A stretch of 64,000 nucleotides of DNA from Octopus sinensis (lineage: Eukaryota): positions 52,080,001-52,144,000 of the forward strand of contig NC_043002.1 of NCBI RefSeq assembly GCF_006345805.1, in the 5' to 3' direction. The position numbers were made by a program, and so were the translations under genes. The notes under the pieces are model-generated. The model was not told the origin of the DNA. It ran no database searches and saw only the letters and a list, made by a program, of their open reading frames with translations. The number at the start of each line of letters is the position of its first letter. Position 1 is the first letter of the stretch. Positions 1 through 11,936 of the stretch are shown here, piece after piece.

Positions 1-844
1 GCTGAGAAAAGCAAGTTGTATTTAATTTTTTTCATATATATATTTCCAGTTGAAATTTGGCTGGAATCCTGTGTCCTATTTTTGTTTTCTTCAGATTCAG
101 GAAAACTCTGTCCTAAACAAAAATCAACTGCCTTCCATGTCATGTTGTCCTTAAAATCATAAAGCATGGCCTAGATACTGCAGGCTTCCCTTCCCAGCTC
201 AAGCCAGTGGGGCTAGACTGAGGGGACAATAAAAGGCCTGATGGTATAACAATTTTCCCATTCCATAGTGGTAGGCCTCTCATCTAGGATGCCACATTCT
301 GTGACACCTCCAGTGGCAACTTGGTGTGTTTAGCCTCCAGCCCAGGCTCTGCTGCTCGTCAGACTGTGAAAAGCAAACTGTCAAAGTATCAGTTGATCTC
401 TAACAGGTTTATGGTTGAACCTGTCACAGCAGAGAACTTCAACATTCTCAGTACCCCGATCATATCTTTGTTCACTGCTGTTGAGGCAGAGATAACTATT
501 CTCAAGTGCAAGCCCTGTTCCATTGCATCTCCCTTGCCATCCTCCAGGGCAACACCTTTCTCATTCTGTCTGCTGTGACCAAGAGGTGGTCTGAATTACA
601 GGAAATCAAAAGAATGTGAGAACTTCGTAGCTTGCTTCATGAACAATAGACTTATACAACTCCTCACATGCATACTCCTTTTGTACATGTTTTGGACCTT
701 ATAGTTAATTGAAGAAATTAGTATTTGACAACCTGTTGTAAAATACAATTATGTAGTGTTAAAGTGTTTTATTTCTAGCTGTTCTTTTTGTTTTGTGTAT
801 CTTGTTATGTGTATTTTTGATCATTTATTTTAAATTTATTCTAG

Positions 845-1061
845 ATGAATATGATTGTCGGTCTGCCTGGTGCTGGTAAGACCACATTAGGCATTCTGAA
901 ACAGAAGAACTTCCCAGATAAAAGATATAATATTATTGGAACAGACACGCTCATTGATAAAATGCGTGTGATGGGTCTTGCAAGAAAAAATAACTACCAT
1001 GGTCGTTGGGAAGTTTTGATTCAGAAATCATCAAAATGTTTGAACAGGTTGTTTGAAATAG
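845..1061 (+). CDS. HNRNPUL1: hnRNP U / U-like 1 (SAF-A family) internal exon; start of AAA_33 P-loop domain (upstream exons lie outside the window)
   Basis: Acceptor ttctAG at 843-844, donor G|GTGAGA at 1062 (phase 1). Translation MNMIVGLPGAGKTTLG...[45 protein letters not shown] closely matches the recalled hnRNPUL1 segment MVGLPAAGKTT...[23 protein letters not shown]...CLNRL; Walker A GxxGxGKT. Confidence 0.93.
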
Positions 1062-1738
1062 GTGAGAGTTTGTGCTTCTCTTTGGTTTAATTTACAATCA
1101 TCATCATCATCATTTGAAGTAATTCTTTATGCTATACCTAAATGCTGGTTATTGCTCTCTTTTTTGCTAGTGTAATGTTTGTGGCATCTGAGACATCTTA
1201 CCAGCATTAATTTGTGCTGTCATTCATTTTGTGGTTTGAAATGTACCAGTAATGTACCAGTAATTATCTTCCCCTTCACCACTGTTTCTTAACATCCACT
1301 TTTCCATGCTTGCATGGGTCAGATGTAACTTGTTGAGGCAAATTTTCTATGACTGGATACCTTTCTTATCACTGTTTCATGTAAGTCTGGAAACGAAGGA
1401 TGTTGCTTGTATGATGGTAATACTCATTTTACTACTATTGTATGATATTGAGACAACAAAACACACACATGCGCATGTGTCTATAACTTTTCACACTTTG
1501 TATATACTTCCTTCTTAGCTTTCCATGTTTCTTCTATTGTTCAATCTTTAGTTGTGGTTTGCACCTGATGACTATTGGGATGTTACACATGTTATAATTC
1601 ATTATTTGGCATGTTCTCAGCATAAGAAACTATTAGTAGCACATAAAAACATGTATTGTGTCTATTAAATAATATTTCTCTCACCAGATGAAGTACTTTT
1701 TTTGTTGATCTTACCATCATGGAACAATACATTTTACA

Positions 1739-1778
<40 letters not shown>

Positions 1779-2253
1779 CAAGCTTTCTTTCATTTTTCTA
1801 TGTACCAAATTTACTTTCAAGGCTCAGGGCTAAGTAGAAGACATTTGCTCAAAGTTCCATGTACTACGACTGAACCTGAGACCATGTGCTTGGGAAGCAA
1901 ACTTCTTGACTATTTAGCCAAGCTTACCTTATAAGATTAACACTTTTAACTAGAGCCATGCTTTATGTTAAGATATCTTTATGGAAAATTATTTTGGGCC
2001 CGCAACCTCCTTGTTGGATAAGTTTTCCAGTGAAAACAATTGTAGGGAGACTAGAGAGCTTAACATAGTTTTTGTCATAAAGTAATCTACCTTTGGAAGA
2101 GAGATGCTTCATTATACTGCCTAGATGGCTTTTAAAGAATTCCTCTGTATGTGTGAGTCTGTTATTCTGTATTTTATTTTGTACTGAAATGAAATTACTT
2201 GATATGTCAATAAATAAATGTAATAATTTCTTTGCTTTTTCTTGTATGATTAG

Positions 2254-2418
2254 CCTCTCGAAAGAGAAGAAATTACATTCTTGACCAAACTAATGTATAT
2301 CCTTCTGCACGTAAAAGGAAATTGAGATTTTTTGAAGGGTTCTTCAGACGTGCTTGGGTCATTGTACCTGAAGATGATGAATTTGAACGTAGGTCACTAA
2401 AACGCACTGTTGAAGATG
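2254..2418 (+). CDS. HNRNPUL1: hnRNP U-like exon (Walker B region of AAA_33)
   Basis: Acceptor tAG 2252-2253, donor G|GTAATA at 2419; 165 nt, phase 1 to 1. Translates [56 protein letters not shown], with the family motif [11 protein letters not shown]. Confidence 0.93.
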
Positions 2419-2548
2419 GTAATATTTATTTCATGCTTCATTTACTAGCTTTACATTTTGTTAATAATTTCATTTTATAATCCACTTCCCTGCAAATATG
2501 AACATATGAATATATATCAGTATATTACATTACTTTCAACATTATATC

Positions 2549-2778
2549 TGTTTCTTTACTACCCACAAGGGGCTAAACATAGAGGGGACAAACAAGGACA
2601 GACTAACGGATTAAGTTGATTACATCGACCCCAGTGTGTAACTGGTACTTAATTTATCGACCCCGAAAGGATGAAAGGCAGAGTCGACTCAACGGAATTT
2701 GAACTCAGAACATAATGGCAGACGAAATATGGCTACGCATTTCGCCCAGTGTGCTAACGTTTCTGCCAGCTTGCCGCC
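2549..2778 (-). mobile_element. tRNA-headed SINE, family B (Meta/MESC-like core), with target-site duplication
   Basis: Reverse strand starts GGCGGCAAGCTGGCAGAAACGTTAGCAC and carries GTCGACTCTGCCTTTCATCCTTTCGGGGTCGATAAATTAAGTACC; flanked by 13-bp direct repeat TCAACATTATATC (2536-2548, 2782-2794). Other copies near 18815-19022, 19915-20300, 40577-40790, 45610-45942, 51243-51447 and 59375-59740. Confidence 0.85.
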
Positions 2779-3358
2779 TTATCAACATTATATCAATGTC
2801 TTAACCATTAAAGTTTTGGGTATTTTTAGATTTTTTGCCCTTTTTATGTGGGGGCTACAGGTTTTTTAGACCTCAAGATGGAAGTACTTAAGTGTTTCTT
2901 GCTCGGGAGTTAACCATACAGCGGGGTTTGAATTGAGACTATGAAGCTAAATATATTTCTAGTTTGTTGGTCATTATCAACTTTTACACCATTGTCTGCA
3001 TAGTAAGGATTAAATTAAGGGTACTCAAGACTGTAATAGAGTATATTATAAACATGCTAGTCACAATTTTAAAAGAACGACAAAACCTTTAAGCATTTTA
3101 TAACTTGTTTTAATACAATCGGATTTGTGAAATTCCTTTGATAAGAAAATTCTTGAATATCAGTCAATTATGTTTTCTAGCTAATTCTGGAAATCCACTA
3201 ATAATTACATCCACTGCCCTTCATGTGCAAGGCTGGAACATCTCGTACTATCCTAAACATGATGCTTTATCATCAACCAAAATGTTGCTAAAATGTCTCC
3301 AAATCTTTTTTTGTTTTGCATTTGCTTTTTTTTTTCTCTCCCATTTCTCTTACTCTAG

Positions 3359-3488
3359 GTAAACATGTTCCAGTAGAAGCTGTCTTGGAAATGAAAGCCA
3401 ATTTCACTTTGCCTGATGAGGACGATCCGTTGAATTTAATTGAGTTTGTGGAGTTACCTAGATTATCAGCTTCAACTCTTGTGGATGG
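3359..3488 (+). CDS. HNRNPUL1: hnRNP U-like exon
   Basis: Long pyrimidine tract, AG at 3357-3358, donor GG|GTAGGA at 3489; 130 nt, phase 1 to 2. Translates [43 protein letters not shown], with the family motif [19 protein letters not shown]. Confidence 0.92.
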
Positions 3489-4293
3489 GTAGGATATATT
3501 ACACTTTTAATCTATTCATATATCTCTGTTCTTACAGCTTGGTTTTTCATATTACAGCCATTTGTTTTCTATGCTTGCATGTAGAGGAGGTAACCATGTA
3601 CCTCCTCTTTAGCAAGATACCTGTTTCTGTCTCTATGTCAGACTCAAACCTTTCATCTGACACAAGACCACCTCATCCAATGACCCTTTCCCTCTCAAAG
3701 GATCTTTGTCTTGCAAGCTACTTGGTGACCCAGTCAGTGCTGGTGCCATGTATAAAGCATCCAGTCTACACTGTAAAGTGGTTGGCATTTGGAAAGGCAT
3801 CCAGCTGTAAAAACCATGCCAAAACTGACCTTGCTTGTGCTGGTGCATGTAAAAAGCATTCAGTCTACTCTGTTGGGTGCTAAATCAGACAGAAGTCTGG
3901 TGCATTTCTTCTGCCTGGCCAGCTCCTGTAAAGCCACCCAACCATGCCAACATGGAAAGCAGATGTTAAACAATGATGATGATGATTGGAGACATTTTTT
4001 TTTTACTTGTACTCATTGCTGAATTTTTTAAATCAAATAATAATCTAGATAAGTCAACATTTTAATGAAAATCCCATTGTGTTTTCTCACCTGTCTAAAA
4101 AAATCAAAAGCGATTTCCAATAGTTTGCCTCAAGAAAGTGTAGGCACAGCTATGTGGTTAAGAATCTTGTCTCCCAAATATTTGACCTCTCATTCAGTTC
4201 CCATTGTGCAGCAGCTTGGGCAAATGTCTTCTATATCCCTAAGGCACCCAAAACCTTGAGTGGATTTGGTAGGCAGAAACTGAAAGAAGCCTG

Positions 4294-4351
<58 letters not shown>

Positions 4352-4590
4352 TATATAATATATGTATATATATCTGTGCGTGTGTATCTTTGTTTGTATT
4401 TTTGCCTTCAAAATGACTAGTAAATAACTAATTTAGATAACATTGGTGTTTCACCAAAAAATAATCTTGATTTGAAAGTGACCTGAATTTCTCAAATCAA
4501 AAACAAGGGAACAACAACCAAAATCTTTATTTTAATTTTACAAGATTTGTGTTTGAGTGGGTAATTATCTTTGATGTTTCATATTTCCAG

Positions 4591-4717
4591 CTACAGAAAG
4601 GAAGGTATTGAAAAACGACCTCCCAAACAACTGGTTTTTCGCCATGATACAGCCCAAAAGCATCAAAATACTTCCACATCTTCATATTCAAGTTCAAACT
4701 TTGCTTATTCATTTCCA
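4591..4717 (+). CDS. HNRNPUL1: hnRNP U-like exon (end of conserved domain, start of low-complexity tail)
   Basis: Acceptor tttccAG 4589-4590, strong donor CCA|GTAAGT at 4718; phase 2 to 0, consistent with the previous exon. YRKEGIEKRPPKQ aligns with the recalled family segment YNEEGRKAGPPPEK. Confidence 0.85.
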
Positions 4718-7049
4718 GTAAGTTCTTTATTATTTTTTCTCCTTTTGTTACATTTTGTTTTACCTGTAGAAGTGCATGTGTGTGTGTGTGTGTTGTGATA
4801 TAATTTTTTACACAGGTGTTTATAGAAGTTTGTATTTTGGACATTAGAAATAACTGGAATGTTCATTAGCCAACTTAAGGTTCAGCTGTTGTCTAAATAC
4901 TCATTTACTATACAAAGTGATTTGATAAAATTCTTATGCAAAAACTGGTTACCTAAGGTTCTGGTTACACTTGTAACCAATTCCAGTATGGTGGAATGAA
5001 AGATGTAAGTAAATGTATTAGTAAACACATAGCTGACAGTAGAACTTGGTTGTAGTGCTCTAGCTTACCAGCTTCTGTCAAATCATTCAACCTAAGACAA
5101 TATGGAAAATGGATGAAAAATATGGTAATTCTTCATCATCATTTAGTATCTGCTTTCCATGCTTGCATGGGTTAGACAGTTTGACTGAAACTGGTAGGCC
5201 AGAGAGTTACACCAAGTCCCAGTCTGATTTGATATGGTTTCTACAGCTTGATGCCCTTCTTAATACTAACCATTTCAAGAGTGTAATGGGTGCATTTTAT
5301 GTGCCATCAGTACCAGTTAGATGGCATCAGCATTGGCCATGACCGCATTGTTGGGCCTCCATGGGGTCCAACATTCTAAAGGTGCTCTTCACGTGCCACT
5401 GGCACAGGTGCCAGATACATGACACCAGCATCAGCCATGACTACAATCTCACTTGGCTTGATGGGTCTTCTCAAGCATGGCATATCGCCAAAGGTCTTGG
5501 TTACTTGTCATCACCTCTGTGAGATAAACAATTGTTGATTGACTTCAATTTTCCTCAAAATGGTCTTGGTAAAACAGATATAGACATATACTAAACAATT
5601 ATCTGATACTGAATAAAATTTGACTATCATAATTTAAGTTCTTATCACCGGGCACAAAACCGTCTCCCTCCATACCATTTCCCATCTTGGTTTTTGTTCT
5701 GAAAGTTACTTGATGTCACTGGTGCTGCATAAAAAAAACACCCTGTACACTCTATAAAGGGGTTGGTGTTAAGAAGGGCATCCAGCCATAGAAACTAATC
5801 CAAAGCTGAGAGTAGAGCTTGGTGCACTCCTCTTGTTTGCTAGCTCCTGTCAAATCGTCTAACTCATGCCAGCATGGAAAATGGACGCTAAATAATGATA
5901 ATGAAAAATATTGTAATTAGACAATGTATAGGAGAATACTGACCACAAAGGTCTGGGTTGGAATATCCAAGGTCAACTTTATCACTGGTGGCAGATCAGT
6001 ACTTATTATTATGCATCCAGCTTCTTCCTATCCTACTGTACTCTTCTCTCTTCTCATGACAATAGCTGGAACCACCTTACATTGTTTAAATTTAAAGGAA
6101 AATAAGAAGAAAAAAAGAATTTTAGGAAATATTTTTCAGTGTTCATTCTGTCCAATTTTGGTTTCATGGAAATACAAGCGTGTTGTTGTTTCTGTGGTGC
6201 ACAGTTAAGTGTTTGATAGTGTAGATTTCATACCAGTTCAGTCAGCATCTTTGCTTTATACTTCTAAATTTACATATGACTCTACTGATAATGTAAGAAC
6301 TATAATACAATGACTAATTAAAATCTGAAATGTGTTTTTGTATTGGGTTAAGCCTAACTGATGAGCATGTATTTGAGTGAAGTAACAGTCTCGAAAGAGT
6401 AATTTATAACTTAGTTTGACTATTCTATAAATACTTTCTTGGTTGTTCTACCCAATTTTCTTCTCTTGTACCTCCTTTTAAGATTAAGAAGAGCGACTTG
6501 GTTTTCATATTCTCATCCTATCAATGTTGCTGTCCCTTTCTGTTTGAAGTGTTTCTTTCGGTAGTAGTTACCTCGAACATCTGTCTTAGAGAACTCATTG
6601 TTTTATTTTCCAGATTAACATGATTTTTTTTTTTTTTATCTTCTGCTGATCATTTTTCTGACTTGTTTTAGGAAGCCCCTCGTTAAATTTCCTTTTTTTT
6701 CTCCCTTCTTTTTCTAACTCTCACCCACTAAAAAGTGTTTACTTGAAGTCTTGCTGATAGTTGCTTGTCACTTGTTAGCGAGTTTCAATTAAAAAAAAAA
6801 ATGCTTTAATTTATGAAATGTAGTTCAACAAAAGAGACCAATTGAATAAGTACCAGGTTTAAAAAAAAATAAGTACTGTGGTTAATCCATCCAGTTAAAA
6901 GTATTTTAATGCTGTGCCCCAGCATGGCCACAGTCTAGTAACTTAAACAAGTAAAAGATAAAAGATATGAAATAGTTTCATTGTATCATCGTGCAGTGCC
7001 ACATAAAAGTGCCCATATCGTACCATGTAAAAGCACCCATAAGACCCGG

Positions 7050-7364
7050 CAGCCCACTTATGCATACCTTTCCTTCTTGTGACACAAACCCTACTTGTGA
7101 AGACCTGTTGAGGCAAGTGAAAATCAAAATCGAAATCGTTCAACATCAATGGAAATTGTAGCTGTGATACCAGTGCCGGTGGCACGTAAGAGAACCATCC
7201 GAACGTGGCCGTTGCCAGCGCCGCCCCAACTGGCCTCCGTGCCAGTGGCACGTAAAAAGCACCATCCGATTGTGGCCGTTGCCAGTCTCATCTGGCACCT
7301 GTGCAGATGGCATGTAAAAAGCACCCACTACACTAACGGAGTGGTTGGTGTTAGGAAGGGCATC
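7050..7364 (+). mobile_element. RTE-clade LINE 3' UTR fragment (left arm of an inverted pair)
   Basis: Near-exact reverse complement of 7456-7815; internal repeats GGCACGTAA(A)AAGCACCATCCGA; shares GTGGTTGGYGTTAGGAAGGGCATC with many 3' tails in the window (~3680-3990, 5130-5520, 5715-5900, 19255-19830, 24410-24600, 29080-29220, 30214-30535). Confidence 0.8.
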
Positions 7365-7985
7365 ATGCTAGCATGGGTTGGACGGTTCAACTGGGGTCTG
7401 GGAAGACAGAAGGCTTCGCCAGGCCCAGTCTGATCTGGCAGTGTTTCTACAGCTGGATGCCCTTCCTAACGCCAACCACTCCGAGAGTGTAGTGGGTGCT
7501 TTTTATGTGCCACGTGCACAAGTGCCAGACGAGGCTGGCAAACGGCCACGATTGGATGGTGCTCTTTACGTGCCACCGGCACGGGGGCCAGACGAGGCTG
7601 GCAACGGCCACGATCGGATGGTGCTTTTTACATGCCGCCAGTCGGGGCGGCGCTGGCAACGGCCACGTTCGGATGGTTCTCTTACGTGCTACCGGCACTG
7701 GTATCTCAGCTACAATTTCCATTGATGTTGAAAGATTTCGATTTTCACTTGCCTCAACAGGTCTTCACAAGTAGGGTTTGTGTCACAAGAAGGAAAGGTA
7801 TGCATAAGTGGGCTGGCTACGTCCCAGGTAGAGGCCACGGGTTATGGTCTCACTTGTCCTGCCAGGTCTTCCCATGCACAGCATACTTCCAAAGGTCTCG
7901 GTCTCTGGTCATTTCCTCGGTGAGACCTAAAGTTCGAAGGTCGTTCTTTACCACCTCATCCCAGGTTTTCCTGGGTCTACGTCTT
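7365..7985 (-). mobile_element. 5'-truncated RTE-clade LINE (ORF C-terminus plus 3' UTR)
   Basis: Minus strand of ~7850-7985 translates RRRPRKTWDEVVKNDLRTLGLTEEMTRDRDLWKYAVHGKTWQDK*, matching the RTE ORF C-terminal pattern (GRPRKTW...V..DL...DR..W), followed by the repeat-bearing 3' UTR. Confidence 0.82.
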
Positions 7986-8897
7986 AGGGCCTTGTGCCAA
8001 AATTTGAAACTCGATCTGTTTATCTATTTTGCCTCCTTATAAGTTGTTTATAATGCACCTTCTTTGTTGGTTTCAAAATACTCTGTTCTTTTGTTAACAC
8101 AAGCAGAACAATACTTGAACTCTTCTCCCTTGTTTCGTATAAGTTTTGCTGCATATGAATTTCTGTGTAGATTTCCTTCTCTTTAACTTCATATTAAGTA
8201 AACAAAGTTTTATCCTTATGCCAAAGATGTGCAGCTGATAGATAATTATCTTTGTTTTTTTCCATAAAATTTAAGAGGAGCAGCTAATGACACACCTTTT
8301 TGTTATGATTTCTGAAGTGGTTTTGAATTCTACATGCTGCAAAGAATTTATTCAGTATTTATTGAATTTAAAAATCGGCTGCGAAATATTTAAGACTTTG
8401 AAATATTTGAGAACATTTCTCTCATCTTTAGATAGGATATTTAGCTTGATTAAGCTATGTAATTTATTTTAGTTGTATGTGTGTATGTCAGCATGCTTTT
8501 CAACAGTTGTTTATCTTTCTTGTATGCATTGACTCTCCTTCGATATTTCATAGATTATTTTTGTCATTTTGGTTTGTGACACATCATTGATGATGTTTAT
8601 AACTGTATTTAGATAAATCTTTGGTTTGGGTGTGGTATCATAAGGTAAGTTTTCTTATTTGCAAAGTTGTAAAGATTGATTGATAAGGGGGAAACTAAAA
8701 AAGATAATCCCTCATGATTCTATATTTGTTCTTTGCAAAAAGAAAACCCATTTTAATATTTTGTTTGATAATTACGAAGCCTTTATTTAGGTGCTTCTGT
8801 CAGTATTTTTTTAATATTTTTTGTTTGTTGTTGTTTTTACATTGTTTTCTTTTGTTTTTATACAATTCTCCCTGATAAGAACTGTTAAACTTTTCAG

Positions 8898-11150
8898 GGT
8901 CAGAGGAAAGTATCTGATTCCAGTGCTGCAGTATTTACAGCAGCTGTTACTGCTACTTCAGTCCAACCAGTGGTGGCTAATAACCCTGAAGGGGTCAAAG
9001 TCGAAAGTGGGATAGACAAAAGTCAGACAGACACCATTGGTTTAGCAACAGGAACACACTGTGGGAAAGATTTAAGCCAAGTTGTGAAACAAGAACCAAT
9101 TGAGAAAGATGTCAATAATAGGAACAATTGTGGCAGCGAGAAAACTGATGTCAGAGACAAGCATAACAACAGTGATGGAAACCTGCAACAGATTTCTGAA
9201 CACAATCCTAATAGTAGTTCCTCTCAAACTCAGAATTATGGCTCTCAGGGCCACGATAGCCAAAATAAAGTTACTTCAAATTATGGGGCTAAGTCAGATG
9301 ATAAGTCACGGGATGCGAATACTTCTAGGGATAAGCCTCGAGGCAGAGACAGGTCTTGGGATGATCACAGTAGAAGGAGCAAATCTAGGGATAGATATCG
9401 AGGTAGAAATAAATCTCGAGATAGACATGACAGAGATAGGTCAAGAGAAAGAGATAAGAGACATGATAGGTACAGGTCTCGTGATAGGTATCGTAGCAGG
9501 GATAGTTCTCGAGAGAGATACTACAGTAGGGACAGATCTCGAGATAGGTATCGAGACTCATATAGAAGTAAATATCGAGACAGGCGTCGATCTAGGGAAC
9601 GGTCTTATGATAGTGACAAGTATCAGAAAAGAGATTGGTCTCAGAACAAATATGATCATGACGATCATCATTCATTTAATGCTGAAAAGCAAGACAATCA
9701 ATCTTATGATAAGCCATACACATACAGACAAAACACTGAAGGCAAGGAGGCTGCTTTTGCTGTTGAAAATCAAACTCCTGGTGTCACATACCAATCTGGT
9801 TCAAATTTGCCACCAAGTACTGCTTCCGTAAACAAGGAACAACCATTTGGTTTTAATTCTAGCAACATTGTTGAACCTTTCAAAGAAACAAACAAATCCA
9901 GTGGAAATGACTTCAATGACCTTTTTGGAACTTGTGATGTTGATTATAGAGTCCCTTCTTCGTCTTTGAGTAATCAAGGTCCTTCCTCTCTCAACAACCA
10001 AACTAATGTCTCCACAGATCTTTCTAAATCTGCTGTCAAACAACCATCAAATTTTGCAAATAACAGTTCTATTAGTAATCCTCAACAATGGCAGACATCG
10101 TCTGCTAATTCTTCAAATCCATTAAGCTATGATTCTGCTTATCAGCCGACTCAACAATTAGGTTCTAGTGTGTATGGCAGCCAGTTTACGTCTACAACTC
10201 CTAAAAGCTATGTCGAGCCGCATAAGAACAGAGAATATCATGAACCACAAAATACCGACATCAGAACTTCTGTACAGGGTCCTAATTATAATACTGTCTT
10301 TTATAAGAGAGAATCCTCAAGCGAGTCTGTTGGAGGTAACACTTTCCAAACGCGAAAAATGGATTATTCTTCAAATGTAAATTCTCTTTCTAAAGACAAG
10401 GCATCTGGCTTTTCATATGAATACCCTACTTCAGTCAGCTGCCAGTCTCAAACCCCACAACAGATTAATCAAACTCTTCAGCAATCATCACAATCATCAA
10501 TTGTCAGTAATAAGTCTGTTTACAATGATGCTACACCTGATAATATTGCGTTTCCAGCTGTAAAGGACTGTGATCTTCGGTTTAGTCAGGATAGGAATTA
10601 TATATCCTATCCCCCTCCATCAATATCTGCCACCGAAACCTTGGCCAGGAATGAAGTGTTGCCAGATAAAGCCGCTGCTGTTCCAACCAGTTCTTCCACA
10701 CCCAGTTTACCACCAAATAATAGGGAAACCATACAAGACAAAATGTTTGATAAAACAGGAACCAATGCCAGCCAGTATGGAGGGCAGGCAAGTTCAAATA
10801 ACTGGCAAGCAGCTTACAATACAAAACCTGAGTGGAATAACAGAGGCAGTTCTAGTTCCCTACCAACATATTCCTCTGATACGGTTGCTGGAAATGTGTC
10901 TGGGAAGGAAGGCCAGACATCCTATCTTTATAATTCAAAAAATGATTGTCCACCACCAAATTTTAATACAAACCAGTATCCAAATTTCTTCACTCAAATG
11001 CCACCTTGTAATATGTGGCAGTTACCTCCACCTACACAGGCCCCATTACAAGGCCTACCAGGATTTATGCTGGGCACAGAAAATCATTTAAATGCTTCTC
11101 AAAGCTTTCAAGGAAGTCATTTGCCTCCACCAAATCCTCCTAGATTCTGA
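8898..11150 (+). CDS. HNRNPUL1: Long terminal coding exon (750 aa): disordered tail with RS/RD repeat block, S/N/Q-rich middle and P-rich end
   Basis: Acceptor ttttcAG at 8896-8897 is in phase 0, in frame with the 726-aa ORF 8970..11150 and with the phase-0 donor at 4718. A 2.2-kb stop-free frame in AT-rich DNA is unlikely by chance. Joining it to this gene is inferred from phase and position. Confidence 0.78.
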   Translation, partial: GQRKVSDSSAAVFTAAVTATSVQPVVANNPEGVKVESGIDKSQTDTIGLATGTHCGKDLSQVVKQEPIEKDVNNRNNCGSEKTDVRDKHNNSDGNLQQISEHNPNSSSSQTQNYGSQGHDSQNKVTSNYGAKSDDKSRDANTSRDKPRGRDRSWDDHSRRSKSRDRYRGRNKSRDRHDRDRSRERDKRHDRYRSRDRYRSRDSSRERYYSRDRSRDRYRDSYRSKYRDRRRSRERSYDSDKYQKRDWSQNKYDHDDHHSFNAEKQDNQSYDKPYTYRQNTEGKEAAFAVENQTPGVTYQSGSNLPPSTASVNKEQPFGFNSSNIVEPFKETNKSSGNDFNDLFGTCDVDYRVPSSSLSNQGPSSLNNQTNVSTDLSKSAVKQPSNFANNSSISNPQQWQTSSANSSNPLSYDSAYQPTQQLGSSVYGSQFTSTTPKSYVEPHKNREYHEPQNTDIRTSVQGPNYNTVFYKRESSSESVGGNTFQTRKMDYSSNVNSLSKDKASGFSYEYPTSVSCQSQTPQQINQTLQQSSQSSIVSNKSVYNDATPDNIAFPAVKDCDLRFSQDRNYISYPPPSISATETLARNEVLPDKAAAVPTSSSTPSLPPNNRETIQDKMFDKTGTNASQYGGQASSNNWQAAYNTKPEWNNRGSSSSLPTYSSDTVAGNVSGKEGQTSYLYNSKNDCPPPNFNTNQYPNFFTQMPPCNMWQLPPPTQAPLQGLPGFMLGTENHLNASQSFQGSHLPPPNPPRF

Positions 11151-11866
11151 AATTGTCATTTCAGTTCTTCCATTATTTTTTTTTTAATTTAATTTTCCCA
11201 TTTATATTTTTGTTTTGAACTTTCACATAGAGCCATCTACAAAAGGTAAGATTTCTTTTGTAACCCCATTGTTTTTAAAAAAACAGAAATAGAATTCTAA
11301 CAGTTGTCACATAAAAAGAATATGGTGAGATATTTCAATTTCTTTAGATAAGTTTGGTATTAGTTATCAATAGTCAATTTTGATATTTCTCCTGTATCTA
11401 AGGTTAGATCATTTATTTTTTTTTTCTTTTTGTTGTTGTTATTTCATAAGGCTGTATTATAGCACAAGAGATTTGTTTCTATAAGTCAAGTCACTGAATG
11501 AACAAGTGACTGCATCACAGCTAATGTTCAGTTCAATCACAGAAATTATATAAGAATAGTTCTCACACCTGGGATAAAGATTTTACTACCTTGAGAAAAT
11601 ATTACTCATTAAAAAGCAAAACAAACCCAATGCTGTAAAATATCTTTCCATCCTTAAATTCAGAAAAGCTCTAGAAAAATCTTATGTAGCTTTTCTATTT
11701 AAGTGTAAATGTTAAGCTGTTCTACTTTGTTGTCTTCATATATAGCTGTCATAGGCTCTCCATTTGCCAGTATTAATAGTAGTCTGTCTCAGTTGGTGTT
11801 TTCATCCCAAAAGAACTAAAATTTCTTCCTTTTTCTCTTTCACTGAAATATTTTGAAATGATTTTC

Positions 11867-11936
11867 AATAAAATAATCATGCAAAATTCTACAGCAAGCC
11901 ACTTGGCAGTAAACTACTTGGGAAGTAAAAAATAAA
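11867..11936 (+). promoter_or_regulatory. Candidate polyadenylation signals of the hnRNP U-like transcript
   Basis: AATAAA at 11867-11872 and 11931-11936, ~0.7 kb after the stop codon; weak evidence in AT-rich DNA. Confidence 0.3.

Noticed and set aside
7170-7700. Spaced ~25-30-nt repeats resembling a CRISPR array
   Set aside because: Eukaryotic context, non-unique spacers and no cas genes; these are internal repeats of a LINE 3' UTR.
9100-9831. 243-aa alternate-frame ORF overlapping the RS block
   Set aside because: Shadow frame of repetitive RS/RD codons; no independent evidence.
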